DNA of 64,000 nt from an uncultured cyanobacterium (GTDB lineage Bacteria; Cyanobacteriota; Cyanobacteriia; Cyanobacteriales; Nostocaceae), in assembly GCA_963706595.1 (NCBI GenBank), contig OY970166.1, positions 3,520,001-3,584,000 on the forward strand. Direction: 5' to 3'. A program made the translations under genes and the position numbers. The notes under the pieces were generated by a model that made no database searches, was not told the DNA's origin, and saw nothing but the letters and a program-made list of their open reading frames with translations. Within the stretch, counting starts at the first letter, position 1. Each line of letters starts with the position of its first letter. This document shows positions 52,944-62,877 of this stretch, piece by piece.

Positions 52944-54192
52944 GTGGCGTGGCAAGCTTAAAATGTTGCATTAGAATTAACGATTTTGTGAGTTTCAAAC
53001 ACTGGGTAAAGATGTTTAAGTTTTATACGAGCATCATCAGTAGTAAAACGCCAAATAACTTTACCTGCGGTGCGGTTACGTTCGTTTTGCCAAGCGGTCA
53101 ATTCTCTAGATAGTTGACAAATACTAGGAATTCGTCGGTCTAGGCACTGTTGGCTTAAAATGCTTAATTCAATTTCGGCAACGTTGAGCCAGCTTCCATT
53201 GCGAGGAGTGTAATAAATCTCCAGTCTCCTAGCCAAGCGGTGAGCTTCTGGTGCGGGAAAAGCTTCGTAAAGTGATGTAATGCTATGAGTGTTGAGGTTG
53301 TCACATAGCAATTTGACCTTGGTGGCTTGGGGATAGTCTTCATCTAATAGTTGACGGACTTCTTCGGCCCAATCAACACGAGTCCGATGAGCGCGATTGC
53401 TGACACGTCGCCAACCTCTGATCGGGTCAAAAAACATGAACAAAGCTTGGACTCCTTCGCGAGTATAGTGATAATCTTCTTTTGCATCTTCACCCGGTTC
53501 CATTGGTTTTGGCTCATAAAGATGCCCTGTTAATTGTCTAGAAGCTTCATCCATACAGATTAAAGGTTCCAAATCACTATGTTCTTGGCTGTAGAGGTCT
53601 AAAACTACTTCCATTTGAGAGACAAAACGTGCTATATCCCGTTCGGGAATACAAAATCTTTCTGTTTTCCAGGGGCGTAATTTGTTTTTTTTAATGTCTT
53701 TCTAATCGTCTCCCTAGAAATTTCTATGATAATTTTTCGGTTTTGAATTTCTTGCGTCAGTAATCTGAGACTCCAGTGTGCTTGCCCCGTGGGAGGTTCA
53801 GAACAACATAATGCAATGATTTGGGCTTCAGTCTGACCATCTATCTTGCTGACATTTGGTGGTTTTAACCTCTGATGACGATTTAAGGCAGGTTCTTCTC
53901 CCTGTTCGAGGAACCTCTTCCTGATTCTTGCCACCGTATTGCGATGAACCCTTAACCCTATACTTATTTCTTCATCTGTCCATTTTTTCCTTGCACCCTC
54001 TCCCTCATCGCACATTAACAACACCTGTGCGTGCAATATTTTTTTGGCTGGGGCCTGTCCGTTGCGAGCGATCGCTTCTAATCTTTTTCTTTTCTCTGTA
54101 TCTAATATGACTTTATCTCTACGACCTCTCCCCATCAATTTCTCCTTTTTTTTCCTCCATTCTAATGCACTATTTTAAGCTTGTCACGCCAG
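52944..54192 (-). mobile_element. IS630 family insertion sequence
   Basis: About 33-bp imperfect TIR TGGCGTG(G/A)CAAGCTTAAAAT..GCATTAGAAT; TA on both sides. Confidence 0.93.
52958..54138 (-). CDS. IS630 transposase in two ORFs joined by a -1 frameshift at the A8 run (53685-53692)
   Basis: HTH ORF ending KTLKK; -1 frame NKLRPW leads to DDE domain (CMDE, CDNLNTH, SWLNVAEIE). Confidence 0.9.
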
Positions 54193-54194
54193 TA

Positions 54195-54624
54195 GTAGTG
54201 TGGCAAGCTTAAAATAGTGCATTAGGTAAAAAGCAGAAAACATTGATTTATCCCAATTTTCTCAAAAATCTATTGCAACATTTTAGCCTTGCCACGCCAG
54301 TAGTAGCGTGGCAAGCTTAAAATAGTGCATTAGGTAAAAAGCAGAAAACATTGATTTATCTCGATTTTCTCAAAAATCTATTGCAACATTTTAGCCTTGT
54401 CACGCCAGTAGTAGTAGCGTGGCAAGCTTAAAATAGTGCATTAGGAAAAAAGCAGAAAACATAGATTTATCTCGATTTTCTCAAAAATCTATTGCAACAT
54501 TTTAGCCTTGTCACGCCAGTAGCGTGGCAAGCTTAAAATAGTGCATTAGGAAAAAAGCAGAAAACATAGATTTATCTCGATTTTCTCAAAAATCTATTGC
54601 AACATTTTAGCCTTGTCACGCCAG
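54195..54624. repeat. Tandem array of four 106-bp IS630-derived MITEs
   Basis: Units 54195-54300, 54303-54408, 54414-54519, 54519-54624; near-identical internal sequences. Confidence 0.92.
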
Positions 54625-54626
54625 TA

Positions 54627-54704
54627 GTGGTGTGTTATGCCGAAGGCTAACGCACCATCCCAGATTTTCGGTGCGTTAGGACTAAAGTCCATAACGCACC
54701 CTAC
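54627..54704. repeat. REP-like double palindrome (reverse complement of about 39699-39776)
   Basis: GGTG(T/C)GTTA..TAACGCACC hairpins ending CCCTAC. Confidence 0.8.
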
Positions 54705-55017
54705 CTAATCGCCAGGGTGCAAGATATGAGTCATAGCCCCCTCCTCGCTTGCGGGGAGGGGGTTGGGGGTGGGGTTCCATAGCCAATTTTAACGTAGAAC
54801 AGATGGCACACTTGCTCTGTGGGAGGCAATTAGCAGGCAGTTTACCTATATTGACGGATAATCCTGGCTTGTAGATGTGGTCTAGGTCATCTGGGAGGAT
54901 GGGGGATTGCCAATTTGATTAAATCAACCTAACAATGAAGGGAAAAGTGCAAAAAAACTGTTACTTAATAACTAGTGACTTTTTGCCAAACATAATTCTG
55001 ATTGCAGACGAATTGCG

Positions 55018-56592
55018 ATGAATACAGTTAATTTCCCGTGGCTGACGACCATTATTTTGTTACCGATAGCCGCGTCGCTACTGATTCCCATCATCCCAGA
55101 TAAAGACGGCAAAACAGTGCGCTGGTATTCCCTCATTGTGGGGTTAATAGATTTTGCACTAATTGTTTACGCTTTTTCTAATGCTTACGACTTCTCCAAT
55201 CCAGATTTACAGATGGTGGAGAGTTACCCCTGGGTGACTCAACTGGATTTAAATTGGTCAGTAGGGGCTGATGGCTTGTCCATGCCTCTGATTATTTTGA
55301 CTGGGTTTATTTCCACGCTGGCGATTTTAGCAGCTTGGCCTGTAACGTTCAAGCCAAAACTATTTTATTTCTTGATTCTGGCGATGTATGGCGGTCAAAT
55401 TGCCGTGTTCGCTGTTCAAGATATGCTGTTATTTTTCTTGGTGTGGGAACTGGAACTGGTCCCGATTTACTTTCTGCTGTCGATTTGGGGAGGCAAAAAG
55501 CGACAATATGCAGCGACTAAATTTATTTTATACACTGCCGGTGGGTCGCTGTTTATTTTGCTGTCTGCCCTGACAATGGGATTTTACGGCGATACGGTAA
55601 CGTTCGATATGCGCGCGTTGGCTTTGAAGGATTTCGCCCTCAATTTCCAGTTAGCCTTATACGCTGGGTTCCTGATTGCCTATGCAGTCAAGTTGCCGAT
55701 TATTCCCTTGCATACGTGGCTACCAGATGCCCACGGTGAAGCTACAGCCCCCGTGCATATGTTGCTAGCCGGGATTTTGCTGAAAATGGGCGGTTACGCT
55801 TTAATTCGCATGAATGCCCAAATGCTGCCCGATGCTCATGCTTATTTTGCCCCTGTGTTAGTGGTTTTGGGGGTTGTGAATATCATCTACGCCGCCCTGA
55901 CATCTTTCGCCCAGCGCAACCTGAAGCGGAAAATTGCCTACTCCTCAATTTCTCACATGGGGTTTGTCCTGATTGGGATTGCTTCGTTCACCGATTTAGG
56001 ATTGAGTGGCGCAGTTTTACAAATGGTTTCCCACGGATTAATTGGGGCGAGTTTGTTCTTCCTTGTGGGGGCGACTTATGACCGGACACACACCCTGATG
56101 TTAGATGAAATGGGTGGTGTCGGTAAGCGGATGAAAAAGATTTTCGCTATGTTCACTACTTGTTCAATGGCTTCTTTAGCATTGCCAGGAATGAGCGGTT
56201 TCGTAGCAGAATTAATGATCTTTGTCGGCTTTGCCACCAGCGATGCTTATAGCTCCACTTTTAAAGTTATCGTGGTGTTTTTGATGGCTGTTGGAGTAAT
56301 TTTAACTCCAATTTATTTGCTGTCGATGTTGCGGGAAATTTTCTATGGTGAAGAAAACGAAGAATTAGTTTCTCACCAAGCTTTGATTGATGCTGAACCT
56401 CGCGAAGTGTTTATCGTTGCTTGTTTGTTAGTGCCAATTATTAGTATTGGGTTTTATCCCAAGTTACTAACTCAAATGTATGACGCGACAACTGTACAGT
56501 TAACAGCAAGGTTGCGTGATTCTGTGCCGACTTTAGCACAGCAAAAAGAAGTGCCTCAAATTTCTATGAGTGCGCCGGAACTTGTTCGTTAA
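55018..56592 (+). CDS. ndhD: NDH-1 subunit 4 (NdhD1)
   Basis: [27 protein letters not shown]; downstream of ndhF1. Confidence 0.96.
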   Translation: MNTVNFPWLTTIILLPIAASLLIPIIPDKDGKTVRWYSLIVGLIDFALIVYAFSNAYDFSNPDLQMVESYPWVTQLDLNWSVGADGLSMPLIILTGFISTLAILAAWPVTFKPKLFYFLILAMYGGQIAVFAVQDMLLFFLVWELELVPIYFLLSIWGGKKRQYAATKFILYTAGGSLFILLSALTMGFYGDTVTFDMRALALKDFALNFQLALYAGFLIAYAVKLPIIPLHTWLPDAHGEATAPVHMLLAGILLKMGGYALIRMNAQMLPDAHAYFAPVLVVLGVVNIIYAALTSFAQRNLKRKIAYSSISHMGFVLIGIASFTDLGLSGAVLQMVSHGLIGASLFFLVGATYDRTHTLMLDEMGGVGKRMKKIFAMFTTCSMASLALPGMSGFVAELMIFVGFATSDAYSSTFKVIVVFLMAVGVILTPIYLLSMLREIFYGEENEELVSHQALIDAEPREVFIVACLLVPIISIGFYPKLLTQMYDATTVQLTARLRDSVPTLAQQKEVPQISMSAPELVR

Positions 56593-57014
56593 GTAACGCT
56601 AGTTTAAATTAATGTTTCTCTTGGGAGTGGGTTTTTTAACCCGCTCTTTTTTTGTTGATTAGCTCAAACTAAAAAAACGTAATACCCAATACCCATATCC
56701 CCGACTTCTTAGAGAAGTCGGGGATCTATATCGTCAACATTTTATGTTTAATCATTACGAAAAAATAATCTACGGACGAATATTCACTATTTGTAGAGGA
56801 ACTGCAACTCAAACCAGATATTTCTGCAAGTAAGTAGTTTTTAGGGTATGTTAGAACTTACCCATTGACAGAATATACCAAATATGAGGTATGGGTTTCA
56901 GGCATTTAAACGTGATATAATCTTCATACCCAAAAGCCTGAAACGACGCTATTTCGTTCATACACATAATAGTAAATTTGTACAGTGCGTAAGTCCTAAT
57001 ATGTTGGATGTTTT

Positions 57015-57602
57015 TTAGTTTACTTTGCTTAAGCTGGGTTGAGCTTGTTTTTTATTCTTAGCAACCAACGCTCCCAAAGATAAACCCAATAAACCTAAGA
57101 TGCTACCTGGTTCGGGAACAGGGGTAACATCTGCCCTTGCTATCCCCTGATAAGTTCCACCAGCAGATGTTGACTGATAAAGCGGTCCGAAACCGGGTTG
57201 GAAGGTTAAGATGTTAGCAGCATTTACAAAATCGAGAGACCCTCCGAAGGGTCCACCACCCGAACCGCCGAAGTTGACAAAACGATCGCTACCAATAGTT
57301 GCGATGTTTACAAGAATATTAGCCAATGGCGTTGCAATATTAGTGTTTGTAAAGCTGCTTCCATTATCGAAATTAAAGTCAAAGTCAAAGTTTGCTAAAG
57401 ACGTAAGTGCGACTTGTCCATCTGCAATATCTCCGTCAAAGCTAAAGGTTCCTGTTCCTACGATGGGAGCAGTCACACTGCCATCAAATGTATTATCAAA
57501 TGTAAAATCAAAGGTTAGTGCTTGTGATTTGAGAGGTGTAGCGCCGATCACTGTTACGGCTACTATGCTTGAGGTTAGGGCAATACAGATGTTTTTGTTC
57601 AT
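57015..57602 (-). CDS. PEP-CTERM surface protein
   Basis: Signal peptide; VPEPGS, TM helix, KNKK. Confidence 0.88.
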   Translation of the reverse strand: MNKNICIALTSSIVAVTVIGATPLKSQALTFDFTFDNTFDGSVTAPIVGTGTFSFDGDIADGQVALTSLANFDFDFNFDNGSSFTNTNIATPLANILVNIATIGSDRFVNFGGSGGGPFGGSLDFVNAANILTFQPGFGPLYQSTSAGGTYQGIARADVTPVPEPGSILGLLGLSLGALVAKNKKQAQPSLSKVN

Positions 57603-57789
57603 TTTGGTGTGCTTTTAATTCACGTCAAGTGATTTGCTGCTTTCAATGTTACTTTACCATTCCGTATGTATTGGAATTATCAAGTGATTGTGAATTTTTA
57701 ATGAAGTTTTGTAGCAGGTATGTAACCTGATAACAAAACCAGACGCTTATGAAATAGAGGCTGAAAACTCTTGCTCGAAAATACTAATT

Positions 57790-58007
57790 TAATTAAATAA
57801 ATCTCACAATTAAGGGAAATTTGCCAAAAAAAACTGTTAGTTATTCACTGTGACTTTTTGCAAAACATGATCTTAATTGCTGACTGAATTGTGATGAATA
57901 TAGCTAATTTTCCGTTGTCAATTTGGGGAGGCAAAAAGCGAGAATACGCAGTGATTATTTTTTTTTATACGCTGTCTGTGGGTCGTTGTTTATTTTGCTG
58001 TCTGCCC
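57790..58007 (+). pseudogene. Decayed, internally deleted duplicate of the ndhD1 5' region
   Basis: Aligns by eye to about 54917-55038 and 55477-55570. Confidence 0.8.
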
Positions 58008-58100
58008 AGGCAGGATAATTCATAGTTTGGGTGCAATGCCCGTATTATATAAGCTATGTCATAGCCCCTCCTCGCACCCCCCTCAATCCCCCCGCAACGG

Positions 58101-58284
58101 CAGGGCTGTTTCATTCCCTCAAAGGCTTATTATGTCAAGGGATATTTAAAGCGATCGCTCTAAATATCCTGAGAAAAATTTGAATTTTTTGGATTGAAAT
58201 GTAGGTTTTCCATGACTTCTGTCCCAAAAATTATCCCTAATGATATTGACAAATCCTCCCTCCTGATGGAATGAAACAGCCCTG
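58101..58284. mobile_element. 184-bp MITE
   Basis: Perfect 17-bp TIR CAGGGCTGTTTCATTCC; 10-bp TSD CCCGCAACGG. Confidence 0.9.
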
Positions 58285-58388
58285 CCCGCAACGGGGGGAA
58301 GAAAAGGATAAACCTTTGATATGGGAGGGGGTTGGGGTGGGGTTCAAGTACCTACTAAAGTAGAAAACGCGTTCGCTGTTCTTTTTTA

Positions 58389-58628
58389 TTACATTTTCCC
58401 GTGCTGCATTACCTGTTGCAGATGGTGGCGAACTTCTTGGGCTTGTTCTACTTCCGATTGTCGCAATTTTTGAAATAATTCTACACAGGGCTGAGAGTTA
58501 ATTTCCTGTGCATCTTTGATATAGCAATCATAAGCCTTTACTGCTTCCGCTTTATTGTGCAGCACAGTGATAAAGTCATACTCTAGGTTGCTAATTGGTT
58601 GTTGTGATTGTCCGTTACCTGTAGCCAT
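58389..58628 (-). CDS. Small ferritin-like helical hypothetical protein
   Basis: SNLEYDFITVLHNKAEAVKAYDCYIKDA; AAGGAG RBS. Confidence 0.75.
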   Translation of the reverse strand: MATGNGQSQQPISNLEYDFITVLHNKAEAVKAYDCYIKDAQEINSQPCVELFQKLRQSEVEQAQEVRHHLQQVMQHGKM

Positions 58629-58908
58629 AATTTTATTCTCCTTGAGGTGACTAATTAATTTTTACTCATCCTCAAAGTTTTATTCATCTCTCCAAAAGCG
58701 TAGGAAAAGATACGCCTAAAAGAACTTTTACACGGTGTTTTAAACTTTCTGGTTTTTGGATAATCTCTACCACCTAGCAGATGCGTCAAAGCCTTTTTAC
58801 TGGTAAATTTTGGCTATAGATATAAGTAATTTGGCTAAAGCCGCTACATCTGTGGTCGATGATTTTTTCAGCTAAAAGCAATAGATTTTCGTCATATTGA
58901 TGCTAATC

Positions 58909-59418
58909 CTAGAATCCATGCTCATCTTGCCTTTCTATACCTTCTAAATGGGTAATAGGGCAAAATTTTGTGTTAGCACTCATGCAATCCATGTGTGGGA
59001 TTTTGGCACATACAAGTAGTAGAGTAGCCAAAACAAGTAGCAAACCACAAATTGCTGCTGTTTGAATCCAAGAAGTCTCCAATACTCCGTGAACTACTAC
59101 TTCCCGTAAGAGTGAGACAATAGTGACTTCAACTGCTACCCCCACTGAAATACTATGTTCTTGCAAGTAGACCATGAGTAGCCGAAATAATTCGACTAAA
59201 ATTAACACAAATAATACTTTAGCTGTCACAAGTTTATAATCTAGTGACTGCACGATGTCCATAAATATACCCCACAACTGGATCAGCATGACGGCGAACA
59301 AACCCAAACACAAGACAATCACAATCAAGTCTTGGAAAGCTTCCATGTTGCGAACAATTGTGTGTCTATCCAGCCAGCGATCGCAAAATAAAAATCTACT
59401 CTTGGAGCGCTTGTACAT
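58909..59418 (-). CDS. Phosphate-starvation-inducible PsiE family membrane protein
   Basis: LFVLILVELFRLL..Y, EVTIVSLLRE. Confidence 0.8.
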   Translation of the reverse strand: MYKRSKSRFLFCDRWLDRHTIVRNMEAFQDLIVIVLCLGLFAVMLIQLWGIFMDIVQSLDYKLVTAKVLFVLILVELFRLLMVYLQEHSISVGVAVEVTIVSLLREVVVHGVLETSWIQTAAICGLLLVLATLLLVCAKIPHMDCMSANTKFCPITHLEGIERQDEHGF

Positions 59419-59508
59419 TTACTTTTCTATTTCCATTTGGTCAAGTTCAGACCACACCAGTTAGTCTACCCATTAATCTCATATTACGTAAGTTTAAGTG
59501 ATTACGCC

Positions 59509-60423
59509 TCAGCGAGGTTGGTAATTTAAATTTTGTGCTTGTTGCCACAATTTTTCGGCATTATTCGCCCATTGGGGATTACCTTGAACATTATATAAAT
59601 CTTTGGCATATTGTAATACTTGTGCTGCTTCTGCATATTGCTTTTGCTGCATAAAAACTAACCCAGCAGCATAATAAGCATGGGGATAATTAGAATTAGC
59701 TTCGGCTGATTTTCTAAAAGCTTCTAATGCTTCTTGTAGTTTGCCTTGATTAAACCAAATCTTGCCAAGATTATAGTGCGCTTCAGGATATTTAGGATTA
59801 ATTTTAATGGCTTGAACAAAAGCATCTCTGGCTTGATTAACTTGACCTTGCTGGAGATAAGACATTCCTAGATGATAAGGAGGTTCTGGAGCATTTTTAC
59901 TATACTGTATCGCTTTTTTAAAAGATGCGATCGCTCGCTCCCAATCTTGCTGCTGCTGTCGGACTAATCCTAAGTTATAGTGAGCAAAACCTAGCTTGGG
60001 GTCGAGTTCTATGGCTCGTTCTAAGTAATCACTTGCTTGCTGTAAATTACTTCCTTCTAATAATGCTCCACCTAAATTAGCAAAGGCTGGAGCAAACTTA
60101 GGGTCAGCTTGTGTTGCTTGATAAAAGGCATCAGCAGCCGGCTTTAATTTTCCTGTTTGCCGCAGTGCTAAACCTAAATTATAATGTGCTGCTGCCAAAT
60201 TTGGATCTAGGTTAGTTGCTTGTTGAAAAGCCGCGATCGCATCTGGGATTTTTCCCGCCTGAATTGCCTGTAACCCTTGGTTTAAAAAAGTTGTGGCTAT
60301 TGGCAAACTATATTGTGCTAGTAAAGGTTTGGGGTAACTGGGTGATGAAAAAAGCATACTCTCACCCAGCATTAATAAACTCACTATCCCGACAATTTGA
60401 TATTTATAAAATGATAATCCCAT
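59509..60423 (-). CDS. Tetratricopeptide repeat protein
   Basis: Repeated AHYNLG..A...F..A...P units. Confidence 0.92.
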   Translation of the reverse strand: MGLSFYKYQIVGIVSLLMLGESMLFSSPSYPKPLLAQYSLPIATTFLNQGLQAIQAGKIPDAIAAFQQATNLDPNLAAAHYNLGLALRQTGKLKPAADAFYQATQADPKFAPAFANLGGALLEGSNLQQASDYLERAIELDPKLGFAHYNLGLVRQQQQDWERAIASFKKAIQYSKNAPEPPYHLGMSYLQQGQVNQARDAFVQAIKINPKYPEAHYNLGKIWFNQGKLQEALEAFRKSAEANSNYPHAYYAAGLVFMQQKQYAEAAQVLQYAKDLYNVQGNPQWANNAEKLWQQAQNLNYQPR

Positions 60424-60798
60424 AGATTTTTTAACTTGAAACAGTTTTAGTTACGTTGACAGCATTAAATATTTGCTAATTCCATTTGCATGATATATTT
60501 ACGAAATATTACACAATTTTATTTTAACACTGGATAATATATAAACTGATTTAAGATTCTTTACGGTTGCAATCGCTTACCCTCTACATTGGTTCCTGAC
60601 ACCAGAAATCAATGCAGTTCCAGGTATTCAAGCATCAGTAAGTTGAGATTTATGTAATCTCTCTGCCCTGTGATTAAAAGTGCAGGGCTATTTCCCCAGG
60701 ATAATTTCATTAGATATATAAATGATCAATCTACCACCGTCCTGTTTAGTTTTTGCATTTTTTACTTCCAGCGTTTGATTTACCATCTATACAACAAT

Positions 60799-62043
60799 AT
60801 GTTTAATAAAATTCGCCGTCTTTGGAGCCAATTTTTTAGCAAATCTGGAAAGATCAATAATCAACCACTGAATAAAGTGAGTTTAGTGGTTCTGATTGCG
60901 ATTGATATTTTTATATTGGTCAATGTGTTTACGGGATTGGATGACATTAGCAGATGGTATATTAGCCCATCACAGGCTGAACCGTGTTATTCTCAGTGGC
61001 AAAATTACAGGACTCAAACTAATACAGATAAAGATTTTGAGATTATCAAAAATTCATTCTTTGGTATAAACAGTCCACTGAGTCAAGAGGAAACTTACCA
61101 ACAAATCGAAGAAAGACATCTGGGTAAGGTTTCTCAAACTTGCTTCCAGTATGCAAAATATCAACAGCAAATTAATATCCCCCCAAACCAGCAAATTATC
61201 CAAAATATTGAGCAGAAGCAAATACAGCTTAGTCAGTTTGAACAAAAAAATAACAATATTCGCGCTCAATATGACTCCACACTTTTAGAAAAAATTGCAG
61301 GTCAGTCGCGTGAACAATCGATTAATCTAGTCGGTGCGGAAAAGGCTAAACAAGAGTTAGACCAAAATAATCGCAGAATTTCTACACTCAAACAGGAAAT
61401 TACTAATTTAAAAAATCAATTAGTTACAAAGCCAGAAAGCATTAATTTTTTAGGCTTTCTTCAAGAGGATAGTAACTTTAATCAAGTTCAAGAAAATTAT
61501 CAGCAAGCATCATTTTGGTATCCCAGTATTCAACTGGGTTTTCAGTCTTTGTTTCTTGTACCACTGATTCTTGTCGCCTTATTAGTTCATAACTTTGCCC
61601 AACGCCGAGAATATGGACTCATTGCGCTGATTAGTTGGCATTTGCTGGTGATATTTTTTCTGCCGCTGATCCTGAAAATCTTTGAATTTCTGCAAATTGG
61701 CGTATTATTTACATTTACCTTTGATTTCCTTAGCACTCTTTTGGGTGGTTTACTGTTCCTCATCAGTTATGTTTATATCTTGCTGATTCCAGTGATTGGT
61801 TTTGGAATTATCCAGCTTTTCCAAAAAGTGGTCTTGAATACTAAAGCACAGGCAGTGAGGAGAGTTCAAGACTCACGCTGTATCAACTGCGCTAAAAAAA
61901 TTCGCCAACATGATACATACTGCCCGCATTGTGGGTACTATCAATATGTTGAATGCCCAAACTGCCATAATCTTACTTACAAGTATTTGTCCCACTGTCA
62001 TCATTGTGGCGCTAGCCAAGATTCCAGTCACAATCACGGCTAA
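60799..62043 (+). CDS. Membrane protein with coiled coil and C-terminal double zinc ribbon
   Basis: TM helices; four CxxC pairs. Confidence 0.75.
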   Translation: MFNKIRRLWSQFFSKSGKINNQPLNKVSLVVLIAIDIFILVNVFTGLDDISRWYISPSQAEPCYSQWQNYRTQTNTDKDFEIIKNSFFGINSPLSQEETYQQIEERHLGKVSQTCFQYAKYQQQINIPPNQQIIQNIEQKQIQLSQFEQKNNNIRAQYDSTLLEKIAGQSREQSINLVGAEKAKQELDQNNRRISTLKQEITNLKNQLVTKPESINFLGFLQEDSNFNQVQENYQQASFWYPSIQLGFQSLFLVPLILVALLVHNFAQRREYGLIALISWHLLVIFFLPLILKIFEFLQIGVLFTFTFDFLSTLLGGLLFLISYVYILLIPVIGFGIIQLFQKVVLNTKAQAVRRVQDSRCINCAKKIRQHDTYCPHCGYYQYVECPNCHNLTYKYLSHCHHCGASQDSSHNHG

Positions 62044-62877
62044 TTTGGTATGGCGATCGCCTACTGCACTGCGCGCTCCGCGCCATCGCCTACGACTCGG
62101 CTTTGCCCATCGCTACATCTGCTTTTTAGTCATTCAAGCATATTCAAGGACTGTCAGCTTTCATACCATGCCTCAAGCCCAAATAGCTCAACTACATTGA
62201 TGTTTCTCCGTGGTCTTCAGCTTTTTGCAGATCAATTGAGCTATGTAAAATAGTGTAAATTAATGTTAAATTAATTAAATTAGGTCGTAGTAAAAGCTAA
62301 TTTTCGACTATGAAGCTGGAATTTTTGACAAATTATCATTTTTAGGATGTTAGACACACAATTTTGGTTTATTGTCAAGCAAATTACTAGTGTCTGCGAA
62401 ATTGCCCCTAGTGATCGTCTTGGCAAGAATGACGGGTAAATTATGGAGAAGTGGGGAAATTTTAGTTCATCAGTAGAAGCGATCGCCTGTCGAATTGGCT
62501 TGATTATGTCTGGCCAGTGCCAACCCCAATAACTTAAAGATGCCAATCTAGTTGTCTGAGTAACGAATTAAATTCTGAATTGGCAAACTTTTTGCGTTTT
62601 ATACTATACTTTTGCCCTTATTGAAATATTATTTATTGTAAGATCACTTACTCTATCATCCCTGATGTAAATAAAATTTACCTACAAGTGTTAGTGCAAC
62701 AGATGTAATGGGAAAACTGAATGTACGACTTATTGTAAGTAAATATTTTGACGCTCAACACTCATGTAGCTAAATAACCCTATTACTCGAAATGCTCTGC
62801 TCTGATCTGAGGATGAAACATTCCCACCTGATTCGATTATTCTTTATCCGACTGCCGTTGCTGCAGGAAAGCAGTGC

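Noticed and set aside
53685..53692. IS630 split as pseudogenisation or sequencing error
   Set aside because: An A-run -1 frameshift at this position is typical of IS630 transposases.
54195..54624. CRISPR-like array
   Set aside because: The would-be spacers are near-identical, the repeats are IS630 termini, and there are no cas genes.
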